Source: a virus
Taxonomy: Duplodnaviria > Caudoviricetes
Virus record (IMG/VR): IMGVR_UViG_3300007778_000009
Coordinates: 1-47,188 of that record
Strand: one strand, 5' to 3'
DNA length: 47,188 nucleotides
Made by a program: the position numbers and the translations under genes. This document shows, in pieces, positions 1 through 11,600 of the stretch (positions are counted from its first letter, which is position 1; each line of letters starts with the position of its first letter). The notes beneath the pieces are model-generated. The model searched no databases. It was not told the origin of the DNA and worked only from the letters and a program-made list of their open reading frames with translations.

Positions 1-585
1 AAAGGATGGGCTATCTGTTGTAGCAACCCCTTGGTCTAGCGCCTTCACAGAGGCTTCGCTAGTCAACTCACTATCCATCAAAGCGCCAGCGGCAGTTACA
101 TTGGTTGTATCTGTTACATCAGCGCCAGATTCAATACCGTCGAGCTTAGTACCGTCAGTGGCTACGTCTCGCCCATCAACTGTACCTGAAGTGGTAATGT
201 TCCCTGTCGTGCTTAACGTAGTAAACGCACCCGTGCTTGGTGTAGTCGCACCAATGGTAATGCCGTCCAACGTGTTAGACAGCGCAATAGGTTCCAACGC
301 CTCCATCAACGTCGCTGTGTTCGTCTGCAACAAAATCGCGCCAAGCGCCCAGGTCTCTTCCGACGTACCTTCTTGAGCACGGGTCACACCGACCAACTGA
401 AACGTGGAACCGTTATCCAGCAAACTCGTGTACGAAATGTACTCCGCTTGCGTCGGCGCATTTTCTGAATCGATCAAAAGAACAGTGCCCTCGGACGGGG
501 GCATGTTGAAAGGAGCGGCTGCTTTAGTGAATGTCCACGTGCCAGGCGTTTGTAAAACCGCACGAACTAGATTATTAAACGCCAT
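1..585 (-). CDS. Tail fibre protein, N-terminal 195 aa (runs off the window edge)
   Basis: Not in the ORF track. Open frame from ATG at 585 (AAGGAG RBS upstream) to base 1: MAFNNLVRAV...VTRAQEGT...TVDGRDVATDGTKLDGIESGADVTD. The VTRAQEGT anchor and DGRDVATDGTKLDGIE motifs are typical of phage fibres. Confidence 0.8.
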   Translation of the reverse strand, partial: MAFNNLVRAVLQTPGTWTFTKAAAPFNMPPSEGTVLLIDSENAPTQAEYISYTSLLDNGSTFQLVGVTRAQEGTSEETWALGAILLQTNTATLMEALEPIALSNTLDGITIGATTPSTGAFTTLSTTGNITTSGTVDGRDVATDGTKLDGIESGADVTDTTNVTAAGALMDSELTSEASVKALDQGVATTDSPSF

Positions 586-586
586 C

Positions 587-895
587 TTAAATCTCCTTCA
601 CACGCACTTTAAAATCGATCTCTTTCACACGGTCTTCCGCCGTCGTGGCGACCACCGTGACCTTGTACTCCTGCCCGTTAGTGCCGCCACCCAGCCAAAC
701 CTTCAGCAGGTCTTTATCCTCGCCCACAATCGTATAGGGCGGATGAGGCGTTGGACCCGCTTCGAGCAGACCATCGCCCTCAGTCACAGCGACCGTGGCA
801 CTGAGCACATAATCGCTGTCCAACGTCTTAAACCACGCTTTCAGGTCGATGTCGTAATCCAAAACATCGGCGGGTTGTTTCACAAAGCGTTTCAT
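587..895 (-). CDS. Virion structural protein, putative fibre-tail adaptor
   Basis: KQPADVLDYDID...VWLGGG..G..YKV...TT...R..E pattern; lies directly before the fibre gene. Confidence 0.65.
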   Translation of the reverse strand: MKRFVKQPADVLDYDIDLKAWFKTLDSDYVLSATVAVTEGDGLLEAGPTPHPPYTIVGEDKDLLKVWLGGGTNGQEYKVTVVATTAEDRVKEIDFKVRVKEI

Positions 896-2286
896 CAGAC
901 CTCCAACGATCGATCGGGAATATCCACCACCAGATCAGCATCGCGCGGGTCAACCGACATATAGCGCTGAACAGGGGCAGGAAAGTAATCATTAATTTTG
1001 ACACCGGCCTCAACCGTCACGCGCGCGACCGATTGACTCGTCGCATTTCGCACAGCCGGTGCAGCAAAGTTTTCAGCCGCAGCAAACGCATCGACCACGA
1101 CATTGTTGAAGCGCGCCACATCCGGAATGATCGGGCTGAGTGTTGCGGATGCACTGCTGTCTGTTGCCACATTACGAGTGTTAAGCTCGATGCCAACGGC
1201 TGTAGCTGCGATGAACGCGTCCGCCGCTGACGCAGCGGTTGAATACAGCAACGTAGCTGACCGCGGTATCGCGCGCGCAGTAAGCTGGCCCGTGCGTGGA
1301 AACAACTTATGGCCGTTGGCCACAACCACAGCGTCACTCGAAGCCAAAGAGGCCACATTCGCAACACGGTCGAGGTCCAACTGCGCCAAGGCGGACAGCG
1401 CAACCGGGTGAGCCCCGGCGACACGCACCGCCCACGGAATAAGGTTGGTAAGGTTGGCATAGATCAGCGCCGTAGCAGGGGCAGAATCCGAGACTATTCG
1501 CTCGTTATACCCCTCCAACACCGCACTGATAACCGCCTGACCGTAATGGGCGATCCAATGCTGCGGCGATGCATCCAGTTGGGCATCCGCCGGTGCGAGA
1601 GACGTTTCACGGAACCAGACGTTGGCGGTCCCTAAGCCCGTCGCTGTAATCAGCACGTCATCCAATGCGGGGTATATCTCTGCCGTCGCAGGATCAGCGA
1701 ACGCTGTTACACTCGGGTAGCTGGTAGCCGACAGCTCATTGTTGACCTGCCACTCACCAAACCCAGACGCGGATGCCGCAAAATCCGAGTACGCCTGACG
1801 CGTAGACTCGGGAAAAATAACGTCGATCTGAGCGCCCGCAGCGCCGGTGCCCGTGTGCTGACGCCACCGGTTCGCAAATCCCTCTGCTGCGGCAAACGAA
1901 TCGGTCTGCGACTCACCATAGAAGCCGTCTACTGTTCCCAAGAGGTAAGCAAACGCGTCCGCATCGGCAAACGGAATCGAGACGTTACGCTCCAACACGG
2001 CGTACAACGTCGCATCCGCGCTAGGATTGGACGCACCCGCTCGGGTTCGAACAAGTGCATTATTCAACAGCAAACCCACGGCGCTAGTCGTCACGCGCAT
2101 GGAGTTGTAGTGAACCTGAGGGAAAAGCGCTGTGGTCGCCGCCGTATCACCCGGCAGCACGTCCACAACCGCGAAGGTACGTACCGTCGTACCGTCGAGG
2201 GAGGCGGTCGAAGTTACATTTGAATCGCTAAACAACTCACTTTGAAGAGAGCTGTAGCCGACACTCTCAAGACCGACTCCCAGCAT
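895..2286 (-). CDS. Ala-rich virion structural/appendage protein
   Basis: 463 aa, Ala/Thr/Ser-rich, coupled to the neighbouring structural genes. Confidence 0.6.
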   Translation of the reverse strand: MLGVGLESVGYSSLQSELFSDSNVTSTASLDGTTVRTFAVVDVLPGDTAATTALFPQVHYNSMRVTTSAVGLLLNNALVRTRAGASNPSADATLYAVLERNVSIPFADADAFAYLLGTVDGFYGESQTDSFAAAEGFANRWRQHTGTGAAGAQIDVIFPESTRQAYSDFAASASGFGEWQVNNELSATSYPSVTAFADPATAEIYPALDDVLITATGLGTANVWFRETSLAPADAQLDASPQHWIAHYGQAVISAVLEGYNERIVSDSAPATALIYANLTNLIPWAVRVAGAHPVALSALAQLDLDRVANVASLASSDAVVVANGHKLFPRTGQLTARAIPRSATLLYSTAASAADAFIAATAVGIELNTRNVATDSSASATLSPIIPDVARFNNVVVDAFAAAENFAAPAVRNATSQSVARVTVEAGVKINDYFPAPVQRYMSVDPRDADLVVDIPDRSLEV

Positions 2287-2296
2287 CGATCACGCC

Positions 2297-2707
2297 TTAT
2301 GCAAGAGTGATCTTAAGCGCACCGATCGGGAAACTCAGTACGTCAGACGCATCAAGCGTTTTAGGGTTTGTAAGGGAAGCGTGGTACAACAAGTTACCGC
2401 CGCTCGCTGCATCAAACAGCGCCCAGTGTGTCACCGAAACCTGCGCATCAACGATTGCAGGAAACGTGATCAGTTTCGCATTGGCCGTATAGCCATCGGT
2501 TGCATGAGGAACGTCCCAGCCATCAGAAACAGTCGTCGTGTGACACTGCTGACGGGCATAACCTGAGTCCGCTAACTCAGAGCCTGAACCGGCATCAGTC
2601 GGGTCAGTGGTAAACAGAGCCACGTACACAGCACCGCCCGTGTAAGAGCCGCCGCGCAGGGTTGCGTTGATGAGCGATTGCTCAAGGTGGTTACTAAATG
2701 CTGACAT
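2297..2707 (-). CDS. Small virion structural (fibre-associated) protein
   Basis: MSAFSNHLE...YVALFTTDPTDAGSGSEL..SGYARQ...THWALFDAASGGNLL pattern common in phage tail regions; GGAG RBS. Confidence 0.7.
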   Translation of the reverse strand: MSAFSNHLEQSLINATLRGGSYTGGAVYVALFTTDPTDAGSGSELADSGYARQQCHTTTVSDGWDVPHATDGYTANAKLITFPAIVDAQVSVTHWALFDAASGGNLLYHASLTNPKTLDASDVLSFPIGALKITLA

Positions 2708-2729
2708 AACAAGGGTCTCCGATTAATTG

Positions 2730-2746
2730 TAGTGCCATTGCCACTA
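2730..2746. promoter_or_regulatory. 17-bp palindromic operator-like site, copy 1
   Basis: TAGTGCCATTGCCACTA, 1 mismatch to consensus; abuts an extended -10 TGcTAAAAT on the minus strand. Confidence 0.8.
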
Positions 2747-2762
2747 TTTTAGCAGACAATTC

Positions 2763-3095
2763 TTACTTTGTAATATCTTGCGTGTAGATATACCGTCCCG
2801 AAGTGATCGTTGTCACACGACCCGAAAGATCGGTCATCTGCACATCATAGTAATACGTCTTGGGTGTTTGGTCGGCTTGAATCAAACTCGGTGCAAACTG
2901 AACCACACCGTTAGGACCATCCGCTACCGTGCCGGTAAGCGTGTAAAGGTTGTTCTGGTTATCCTCCGGCGCATTGCTGGGGTCCACGGTCATCTTGAAG
3001 GTGAAGCCCGAGATATCGAGTGGCTTACCCTTCGCATCTTTAATATGCAAAATGTCCGCGTAAGTGTCACCGCGCGGTCGCTTGATGTCGTTCAT
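2763..3095 (-). CDS. BppU N-terminal-like (Ig-like) virion protein
   Basis: Start moved to ATG 3095 (GGAGG RBS); RGDT...G.P.DISG...G.V.F...T....YYYDVQ pattern. Confidence 0.65.
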   Translation of the reverse strand: MNDIKRPRGDTYADILHIKDAKGKPLDISGFTFKMTVDPSNAPEDNQNNLYTLTGTVADGPNGVVQFAPSLIQADQTPKTYYYDVQMTDLSGRVTTITSGRYIYTQDITK

Positions 3096-3096
3096 G

Positions 3097-4824
3097 TTAA
3101 TCCTCCAAGAAAAGAGTGTGTACCACAGGGGCCACCACCAAACGAATTGGGGTGTGGTCAACGCGAACGGTAAGCGGGGCGATCTCAAAGTTTACGCGGT
3201 GTACGGTACCGGTTTTAAAGATAAACCGTGTAATGCCGTTACCCGTCGAGGACGCCGGGGCCACCGAGACGCTGCCATTGCCTAAAATAAAGGTCTCAAT
3301 TTTCCAGCCTGACGCCTGTGCCCGAGCCGCAACCGCTGCCCCCGTACCTGTATGCGATAGCTCACCAGATGCAGCCGCCATTGCTTCATCAACAACAGCC
3401 GCACCGACACCACCAATAATGCTCTGTCCGACACCACTGGCCTGCGCTTGACTCGCGACTGCCGTACCGCTGGCGGTATTAGTCACTTCACCCGTCGCAG
3501 AGAGCGTCGCCGCTTGAGCCGCAACCGTTGCCGATCCCGTAATAGTGGCTGCGCCCTGGGACCCGCTTGCAGCAGCAGCCTGAGCCACTACCGAAGCGCT
3601 ACCTGTAACAACACGCTGAGCAACACCGGCAATCAGTGAAATCGAAGCGCTGACAGCGCCCGAGCCTACGTTCTCGCGCTCTGCGCTGCCGGAGATTGTC
3701 GCCGTCTGCGCCTGAACAGCACCACTGCCCACCACGAGACGTTCAGCCGAAGCCGATGTAGTTGCCGTCTGCGCCTGCGCAGCACCGCTACCCACCACAA
3801 GACGCTCAGCCGAAGCCGATATAGCTGCCGTCTGTGCTTGCGCGTCGCCCGAGCCGCTAACCGAGCCGCCTTTCGCACCAACCGATGTCGTCGCCGAGGC
3901 AACGGCAAGGGATGTGCTACCGTCAGACGCGCGGGTACCGACCGTCGTCGTGCCAGTGGGGGCCGACTGCGTAGCGCTGCCTGCATGACCGGCTTCACCC
4001 GTCGCAGCATCACCGGTAACAGCCGACGTCGAAATAGCACCCTGCGCACCCAGCTCACCGCTCGCGTTGGTCGCTGTAGCGGCGCTCTGTGTAATCGCAT
4101 CAGACCGACCGCTGTCGCCCGATGAGGCGACTGCACTACTGGCTGAAGTTGACGTAGCGCCGGAGAGCTCTTCAGCGCCGACACTGCCTGTCGATGTGAC
4201 CGATGAGGCCGCTGAAACGGTCGTTATACCCAAGGCGCTGAATTGACCCGTGGCCAGTGTCGCTGTCGCAGCGGAGGCCGTTGCAGACCCCTCCCCGCCT
4301 TTCTCTTGCGCCGCTGTTGTGCCTATTGCCGTCGAGGTTGACGTCGAGCCAGATAAATCCTCAGCGGCGACCGTGTATGTGCCGGTTAACGCGAAGTAGT
4401 CATAGCGAATAGCACAGACGTCACCCCCTTTCGATTTAGAGTACGACTGTGTGAAGCGCACGACAGCGTTATCCCAATCCGTTTTACTGGCGGATAGACC
4501 CGCTGCCGTAACAGTGATCGCTGTTGCACCGGTGCTTGTATCCGTCGTAGAGGTTACGGAATAGGAACTGGACGCATTCGTGTAAGCGGTTGAATTGGTG
4601 CTATCAAAAATCTGCAGCACAAACGAGTAGGTATCATCGTTGCGCGCTGAGTCAAGGCTGTACTCAACCGTGAAGTTGAGCGCCTGATCGATGCTGCCAA
4701 AATCACTGGGCGTTGACCCAAAAGAACGGGTGATCGACTCGTTAGAGTCTGTTGAGTGCTGCTCATAGGAATTATTTGACGAGGCAAGGTTGCCAGCACC
4801 AACCAGCGTCCCTAAATCAGCCAT
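3097..4824 (-). CDS. Ala/Ser/Gly/Thr-rich repetitive virion appendage protein
   Basis: 575 aa; about 155-aa globular N-terminus followed by low-complexity repeats. Confidence 0.65.
   Translation of the reverse strand: MADLGTLVGAGNLASSNNSYEQHSTDSNESITRSFGSTPSDFGSIDQALNFTVEYSLDSARNDDTYSFVLQIFDSTNSTAYTNASSSYSVTSTTDTSTGATAITVTAAGLSASKTDWDNAVVRFTQSYSKSKGGDVCAIRYDYFALTGTYTVAAEDLSGSTSTSTAIGTTAAQEKGGEGSATASAATATLATGQFSALGITTVSAASSVTSTGSVGAEELSGATSTSASSAVASSGDSGRSDAITQSAATATNASGELGAQGAISTSAVTGDAATGEAGHAGSATQSAPTGTTTVGTRASDGSTSLAVASATTSVGAKGGSVSGSGDAQAQTAAISASAERLVVGSGAAQAQTATTSASAERLVVGSGAVQAQTATISGSAERENVGSGAVSASISLIAGVAQRVVTGSASVVAQAAAASGSQGAATITGSATVAAQAATLSATGEVTNTASGTAVASQAQASGVGQSIIGGVGAAVVDEAMAAASGELSHTGTGAAVAARAQASGWKIETFILGNGSVSVAPASSTGNGITRFIFKTGTVHRVNFEIAPLTVRVDHTPIRLVVAPVVHTLFLED
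3660..3856 (-). repeat. Intragenic 63-bp (21-aa) tandem repeat, about 3 copies
   Basis: GCCGTCTG(C/T)GC recurs at 3701, 3764 and 3827; unit GSGxAQAQTAxxSASAERLVV. Confidence 0.85.
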
Positions 4825-4849
4825 TAATCACCCACTTGCCCGCAGGTGA

Positions 4850-5200
4850 TCATGTCAGAGAAATATCCGCATCCGTCAGCGTGTAGGTACCCTGACCGGA
4901 AAACGTCTCGTTTGTGATCGTTGAGCTGCCGTAAAAGGTCCCTGCCGTCGATGCGGACCAGTACCCAACATGCGTAACCGTCGTCGAACCTGGCACATCA
5001 AACACAGGCTGATTTGAACTGTCCAAGTTCGCTGTAGCCGCTGTGTTCCACGTGATCGGTTTGCGCGCATATGCCGGTGAGCCACCTGTCACCTCACTCG
5101 TTCCCGTTGCCCCTGGATCAGCCGTGTGCAACGACACAAAGACAGCAGAACCGGCTAACTGGTCAAGCATCAAGTTCTTCGCGGTATCATTTAACGCCAT
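4850..5200 (-). CDS. Small virion structural protein, similar to 2297-2707
   Basis: VSLHTADPGATGTSEVTGGSPAYARK resembles VALFTTDPTDAGSGSELADSGYARQ; AAGGAG RBS. Confidence 0.7.
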   Translation of the reverse strand: MALNDTAKNLMLDQLAGSAVFVSLHTADPGATGTSEVTGGSPAYARKPITWNTAATANLDSSNQPVFDVPGSTTVTHVGYWSASTAGTFYGSSTITNETFSGQGTYTLTDADISLT

Positions 5201-5210
5201 GATCTACTCC

Positions 5211-5588
5211 TTAAACTGATGCGGTGTAGGTGAAATTCGACACAGAAACCGTATCGCTTGCACCTATGGTCGTCGATGACAGGTTCAAATCTGCGCCACT
5301 CGTTGCAACAGTGCCACGGAAAACCTCCGTCCCGTCACGGTTAACAAACTTAAAGAGCGCAGCTTCACCGCCCGTTGCGTTCGTGTCGTCGCTGATCGCA
5401 TTTGCAGTCGCGACACCGCCAGCCGCATCACCGAACGCAGGATTTGCACACTCCAATGTCGCAACCTCCACGTCTCCACTTGTCATTATGACAAGCTGAC
5501 CGTTCGGGTTTGCTGATCCCCCGTCGATCGCGTCCACTACTGAATCAGCCAACGCGTTGCGCTGCGCTGTTGAGTGTGTAATTGCCAT
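5211..5588 (-). CDS. Small virion structural protein
   Basis: MAITHSTAQRNALAD...ATGG.AA.F...GTV..SGADLNL pattern; GAGG RBS; structural-gene context. Confidence 0.65.
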   Translation of the reverse strand: MAITHSTAQRNALADSVVDAIDGGSANPNGQLVIMTSGDVEVATLECANPAFGDAAGGVATANAISDDTNATGGEAALFKFVNRDGTEVFRGTVATSGADLNLSSTTIGASDTVSVSNFTYTASV

Positions 5589-5636
5589 GATCTTTCCTCT
5601 AAAAAGTCAATATTCTCAGTAATTGTAAACCATGTT

Positions 5637-5653
5637 AAGTGGCACTGCCACTA
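5637..5653. promoter_or_regulatory. 17-bp palindromic operator-like site, copy 2
   Basis: AAGTGGCACTGCCACTA; overlaps the stop codon of the giant gene and lies upstream of a TACAAT -10-like box on the minus strand. Confidence 0.8.
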
Positions 5654-8600
5654 ATCGAACAGCGCGTCCCACGCGGCTTTGTTCTGGCTAAAGAACGGGA
5701 TCAGCATGCGAATCTTCTTCTCCATCTCTTGATCAGAGAGCTTACCGTCCTTACCCAAATCAAGCAGCTCATCCAAGCGCGACGTCACCACTGTCGCAGA
5801 CATCAACGGGTTGCGCCCCCAGTCATAAGCCTGCTTCATATTGAACAGAATCTCCAAGGGACCAAAGCCACCCGTCTTGCTCAGGATAAGACGCGCGTAC
5901 TCCGCTTCGTCCATCTTCTCGGTGCGATCCTTCTGCAGAATCCACTCGCGCAGTTCCTGACCAGCCATCGCCAAGGGCAGTAGCAGTGCCGCCATCATAA
6001 GACCTGGCACCATCGAGTAGGCCGCAGCGCTGATCACGCCCGCGCCCTCGCCTCGCTTGGCATCCCAACGCCCTTTCATGGCACGCCACGTGCCCGCAAT
6101 AATCACGTTGAAGTAGCTGTAGAAGAACTGTTTAAGGTGCCATGCCAACTTCATATACGGGTTGTTACCCCACGCTGTTGCTTCAAAGCGTGAAGGTCGA
6201 ACCACTGACTCGTAGACAAACTGGTTAATCGCCTGATCGACAGAGATAACCCCCTGCTGGCCTGCGCGTAACCAACGATCAGCATCCTCAAAGGAGAGAT
6301 TTAACTGTTTAAGATCAGCCAAGCCCTTCTCATCGCCTGCTTTAACCGCCTGTACGGAACGCGCGATGTAGCGCTTCGCAAGGCCCACCGAGATCGCACG
6401 CGCTGCCCGCATGAGCATCTGCTGACCGTTGAACTTGAACAGGTAGTAGTTGAGCTTATGCTGCGCCGGTGACTGATATTCTGGACCCATCGACTCCATC
6501 ACCGCGAGCTCCGCCATGTCACCCATCACGATCCCAAGATCAGTCGCCTGCTGGTAGTTCTCTTTAAACTCGCCCAACACTTGCAGCATATCAACGAATG
6601 TCGTGCGCCCTGAGCCGCGAACCGCACCGCCTGCCAATTCAGGAATCGATGCCACACCCGAAAACGCCAACACGGTGTAGTTCAGGAAGGTCATTATCCA
6701 GTTCTGCGTATTACGCAGCGCGTTAGGCATTGAGGTGCCATCCAGACCCATCGCGTTACGCACTAACTTGCGCGCTTCAATGGCCGCTTCCGCCCCTTTC
6801 TCTGTGCGAATCCGGTCAAAATGCTCATGTAACTTAGCGTTAGGCGAGTAGAGCTTGCCGTCTTTCTCAAGCCCCATGCTTTCGGCCAACTTCTGCGCCT
6901 CGTCAACGGAACCAATCGTCGAAAGATCAACATGCGCCTGTGCCAACATGCGCAAGCGCGCGGAGTCTAGGTACTCAACCTCCACAAACCCGCCAAACTT
7001 CTCTTCCCAAGCCGTGCGTTTCGCCGCCGTTTGCGCGTAGTGGTGAAGAATCGCGTTGGGGTTATCGAGCAAGAAGCCTTCAGCAATCGCATCCTTGTAG
7101 AATGCCTTGTTCGCAAGAAGGCGATCCACATTGGCATGCTGGCTCACGGGCTTACCAGGGCTCACCGAAAAATCGTTCACGCCGTCGCTGTAGAGGATCG
7201 AATCAACGACAATCCTAACCTGCTCTGCGTTCACATCCTCAGCGTTAAAATGCTTCAGAATCAGCGCTTCAAAATCTGAACGACGCGCTGCAATGACCTC
7301 ATGTGAGAACGCTTCCGGTACAAAGTCCTCGCGTGGATGGTAGGGGTGGCGTTTACGCATATCCGCGTCCATCACATCAATGAGACGACGTAACTTCTGA
7401 CCCAACGGAGATTTGCGCCCCGCACGCAGATCATCCCACGCGCGTTTTAGCTGCGCTTCACCCAACCCTTTGGTCGCCGCTTCAATCTTGCCCGCCCAGC
7501 GATCATTCAAGAAATACGAGATTTGCTGCCAAGCTTTCGTGCCTTGTGCAGTCCGTGAGTACTGGTAGAGATCAGCACGTAGCGCCTCATCGATCTGGTT
7601 CAGACGGGCGACAACCGAGCGGTACATACCACTAAAACGGTTATTGAAGACAGCGCCTTTGCTCTTAGCAAGCAACTGACGCGCTTCGCGCTTGGGATCA
7701 AAGTTATGTACTTTATCCTGTACCAGTGAGCGGCGTGTGGTGCGCTCGCCGCGACGGTACTTCATCAGGATACGATCAAAGAACGCCATCGCGTCCTCAT
7801 TAGCACGGTGCTCAAGCAGCTTCTGCACCTCCAGCCAGAGGCGGCTGATCAAGCGCATGATGCGGTTGAATAGGCTGTTGACCTCGTAGCTGCTGACACG
7901 GCCCATCTCAAACCCCGGAGTATCGACCGAGCCATCCATCATCCAATGTGCGAACTGGTCAGCCATAAACTCGCTAAAGTCGGTCGCCCCGTCCTGCTCC
8001 ATCGCCTCGCGCAAGATCGTCTCAGTGCGCTCGCTCATCAGCGGAACGTGGGTTTCGAAGAATGCGTGGCCCAGCTCGTGAGCAAAGGTCGTAACCTGCT
8101 CCACCAGTGAGCCGCTGTCCGGCATCACGATGACACCGTAATCCCCCGCCGAGTAATACGCGGCTGCTTTAGGATCACGCCCCGCTAGGTTCTCAGAGAG
8201 CATTTGACGCGCCTTCGCGCTCATCTTAGTGGTATTCAGGTCACGGCGACGCAGGACCACCAGCGGTTGGGTAAAGCCCAATGAGTTACGGATCGAGGTA
8301 ATCATGCCAAAGATCGCAGCATCAACGGTCTTCGAACCGGTGCCTACAGACGTCACATTATCGGAGTCATAGGGATTAAAGTTCTCAAGCCCCAACGCTT
8401 CGGTGATCTGTGGCATCGGCAGTGGGTTGAACTTACGCGAGGCTATATCCGCGCGCAGCTGCTCCGCTTCACGCTCTTGCTGTGCCAGTTGGTCGCGGTA
8501 ATCAGAACCATCATCATTCGAACGGCGCACGTTATCGCCCACATCCAACACAGACTCAACCACAGCACCTGAACGATCCGCTGTCGCGGCATCGGCCTCT

Positions 8601-11600
8601 ACCTGACGTTGTTCTGCTGTCTTAACGTCGCGTTGCGCTGCCGTGCGCTGATCGCGCTCCCAGACCTCATTACCCTCTTCATCAACCGCGACACCTTCGT
8701 CCTGATAAAACTTCCCTGGTACCTCTTGGTTATCCATATTCCGAACATCAAACCCTACGATGTCCGAATCGCGCTCGACCTCCTCAATAGCCATGCGGTT
8801 GCCTGCCTCATCCCACGCGCCCGCTGCCTTAGCGGCCTGACGTGCTTGAATGAGCCATGTCAGCGTGCGGGTTGCTTTAGCTGCCTTCTTATAGGCCGCT
8901 GCACGCTCTTTCTCTTTGTTGATTACTACTTCGGAGGTATGGTTGACCAGCGGCCAATTCAGGGCGTGGTAGAACCAGTTGCTTAAGTGTGGGTCGATAG
9001 TCCCACCCACCTGAACAAACCGTGCCTGTTTAGGGTCTTTGCGCTCATCCGTATTCTCCTCGATGACCGCACCCGCCTCTTCCCACATCACCAGTAGGTC
9101 GGCTTCAAGCGTCTCAATATTTTCGCGCACAGCATCCAAATCCCAATGCTGCAAATCGATGTTCACATCGAGGTTATATTGCGCTGCTTCACGCGCCTCA
9201 CCGTAGGTCACAGCATGACCGGCTTTATCCACCCCAATGACCAAGCTGTCATCGAGGAATGAACGATCAGGCGTCACCGGTGCATTCGCTGCTTCGGCCT
9301 GAGCAATCAGTTCATTAAGACCGGCTTCAAACGCAAAGAACATACGGCCCCATTCGCCGCCAAATTCCTCTTCGGTGTATTCACGCCCTAAGGCTTGGAT
9401 GGAAATCGCATCATAGCCACCCGTCAACGGACGCGGCGACTCACTGCCCAATACATTCAACATGCGCGGGCTAATAAGGCCGAACAGAACATTCTTACCC
9501 TTATGCTGCTGGGTATTACTCACCGCTGTCGCAGAACCTAGTTTAGAGCGCTGATTCTCCAGATTACCGGCACCGGCATGCACCACTTCATTGCCATCGA
9601 AAAAAATGGCTGATCCACGCATCGCGGCTTGTTGTTTTTGACGCTTAAAGGTCGCAGGTTCGTCTGTCGCGATCGGAGCCCATGAAACACCCGTCGCATT
9701 AGCCGGTTTCTCACCTTGCGCATCGCCGTAGTACTTCTCGCGCACGGTCTCATAAATATCGTAGAACTTACCCTCGACGCTGACAGTAAACTCAATGACA
9801 CCGGCCTGAGACGCTTTGGCAAACAGGTTTTTAGCGTTAACCGTCCCGTCATTCGCAAAATTATCAATCTGCGTAGCAACGTGAGATTGAATATCACCGC
9901 GCATCTGCTGGTTGGTCGAGGCCTCTTGCTCCATGCGCGTCGCTACGTCGTGATAGACCTCAAAACTCATGGCCTCAGGTACCTTAACCTTACGGTCAGC
10001 CACCATATCGTCATACGTCGCCCTCAGTGACTGCTCGATCGCTGGGCCTGCGTTAATGTCATATCGCTGCCCAATCGCTGAAAGTACCGCGCTATCAAAG
10101 ATAAACTGACGAATCCACGGAAACGCTTTTTTGAACTGGGCATCTGATAATTCGCTATCACCGAGTAAGGGACGGTTGTGCTGCGCCGTGCGCAACTCCT
10201 CTCGAATACGTGTCTGCACGTCGAGGATCAACTGACGACGGTTATACCCTACATCCGAAAACGGGACGCCAAGCTCTTTTGCAGCCGCCTTGAGGTCCGC
10301 ATTAGACAACATCTCTTTCGTTATTGAACTCGGCTTACGGTTGAGCTTCAGATCGTGCAGGTCAGTCAGCGTATTCGCTGACTCCGCATCGACACGGAAC
10401 AGTACCGGTGCCCACTGCTTAGCCACGTCCAGCGCAACCTCTGACGCATCACCAAAGCGAGTCATCACGGATTGCTCTGCCGCTTGAGCTTCCCGCTCGC
10501 GCTGCTCACGAAGAAGGCGATCTTGCTCAGTGTTAGACTCGCGCACCGGCGTAGATGGACGCGTTTTCTGCGTCTGATTGCCCGTGTTGTAAAGCGTAGC
10601 CATAATGTTCGCCAAACTCTGACGGGTCGAAGTGTCTTTCGACAACGGCACGAACACACCGTATTGGTTCGCAATATCGATCAGTTGCTTATCCGAAATA
10701 TCTGAAGCGGCAATATCCTCGGGAGACATGCGCCGATTCTGCGCTCCGCCCACGTACACACCAGCGCCTTTCAGGTTACGCGCTGTCTGAACACGATCAA
10801 TCTTCAGTGATTTCGTTATCTCAGCGTCCGCTGTTCCCACAGTCGTAACACCTAAGTCGCGCAGCGCATCGGCTACCGCTTTAAAGCTCACCTTGCCCCG
10901 CGTGAGGTCCGCCAACACCTGTTCACGAGGGCGCAGGGTCGTGTTCTCCTCATCCACAAACAAGGAAGCGGTACCGCGCTCGTCCTCAGAAACCTGTTCT
11001 TGCTCTTGAGTTTGTTCGACCTCCACGCGATAGCCTGGGCGCTGATCAACAGTAGTCTCACTGACCGGCGCTGCCTGACGTTCACGCTGTACGTCCAAGG
11101 CGGACATAACCTCAACTGTATAGTCCGGCGGTACCTCTTGAGCTAAAGACTCGGCGCGAGTAGTCGGGTCTGAACTGGCTTCAACATGCGCTAACGTCCC
11201 ATCCGGTGAACGGGCAACGACCACTTGATCACCCTGTACGTCGTCAAGATTCTCGTCATACCCCGCATCTTGCTGACGTTCTTGATTATCCGCGGTCTCT
11301 TTGACTTTGTTCGGGTCTAGCGTCGCCTGCCAGTTGCCGTCCTCTTGCTCTGTGAAGATGACGCTAATGCCCGACTTCTCAGCCTGATCACGTGCGAATG
11401 CAACATCGTCCTTGTGGAAATAATCAGTATCGTAATCAGAATCGGGATTCACCAGCAGATCGATGTTAGCCCGCGTAATCTCCTCACCACTGGGCGTGAA
11501 CTCAGTGGGGGCTTTCTCGCCACGAACGGTCTGAACAACACCGCCCGCGCCGCCAAGCGAACCACCGACAATCGCACCGCGCAGGCCCGCGTCGATAACG

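Noticed and set aside
3660-3856. Repeat as a DGR template/variable pair
   Set aside because: In-frame tandem coding repeat, differences not adenine-specific, and no reverse transcriptase in the window.
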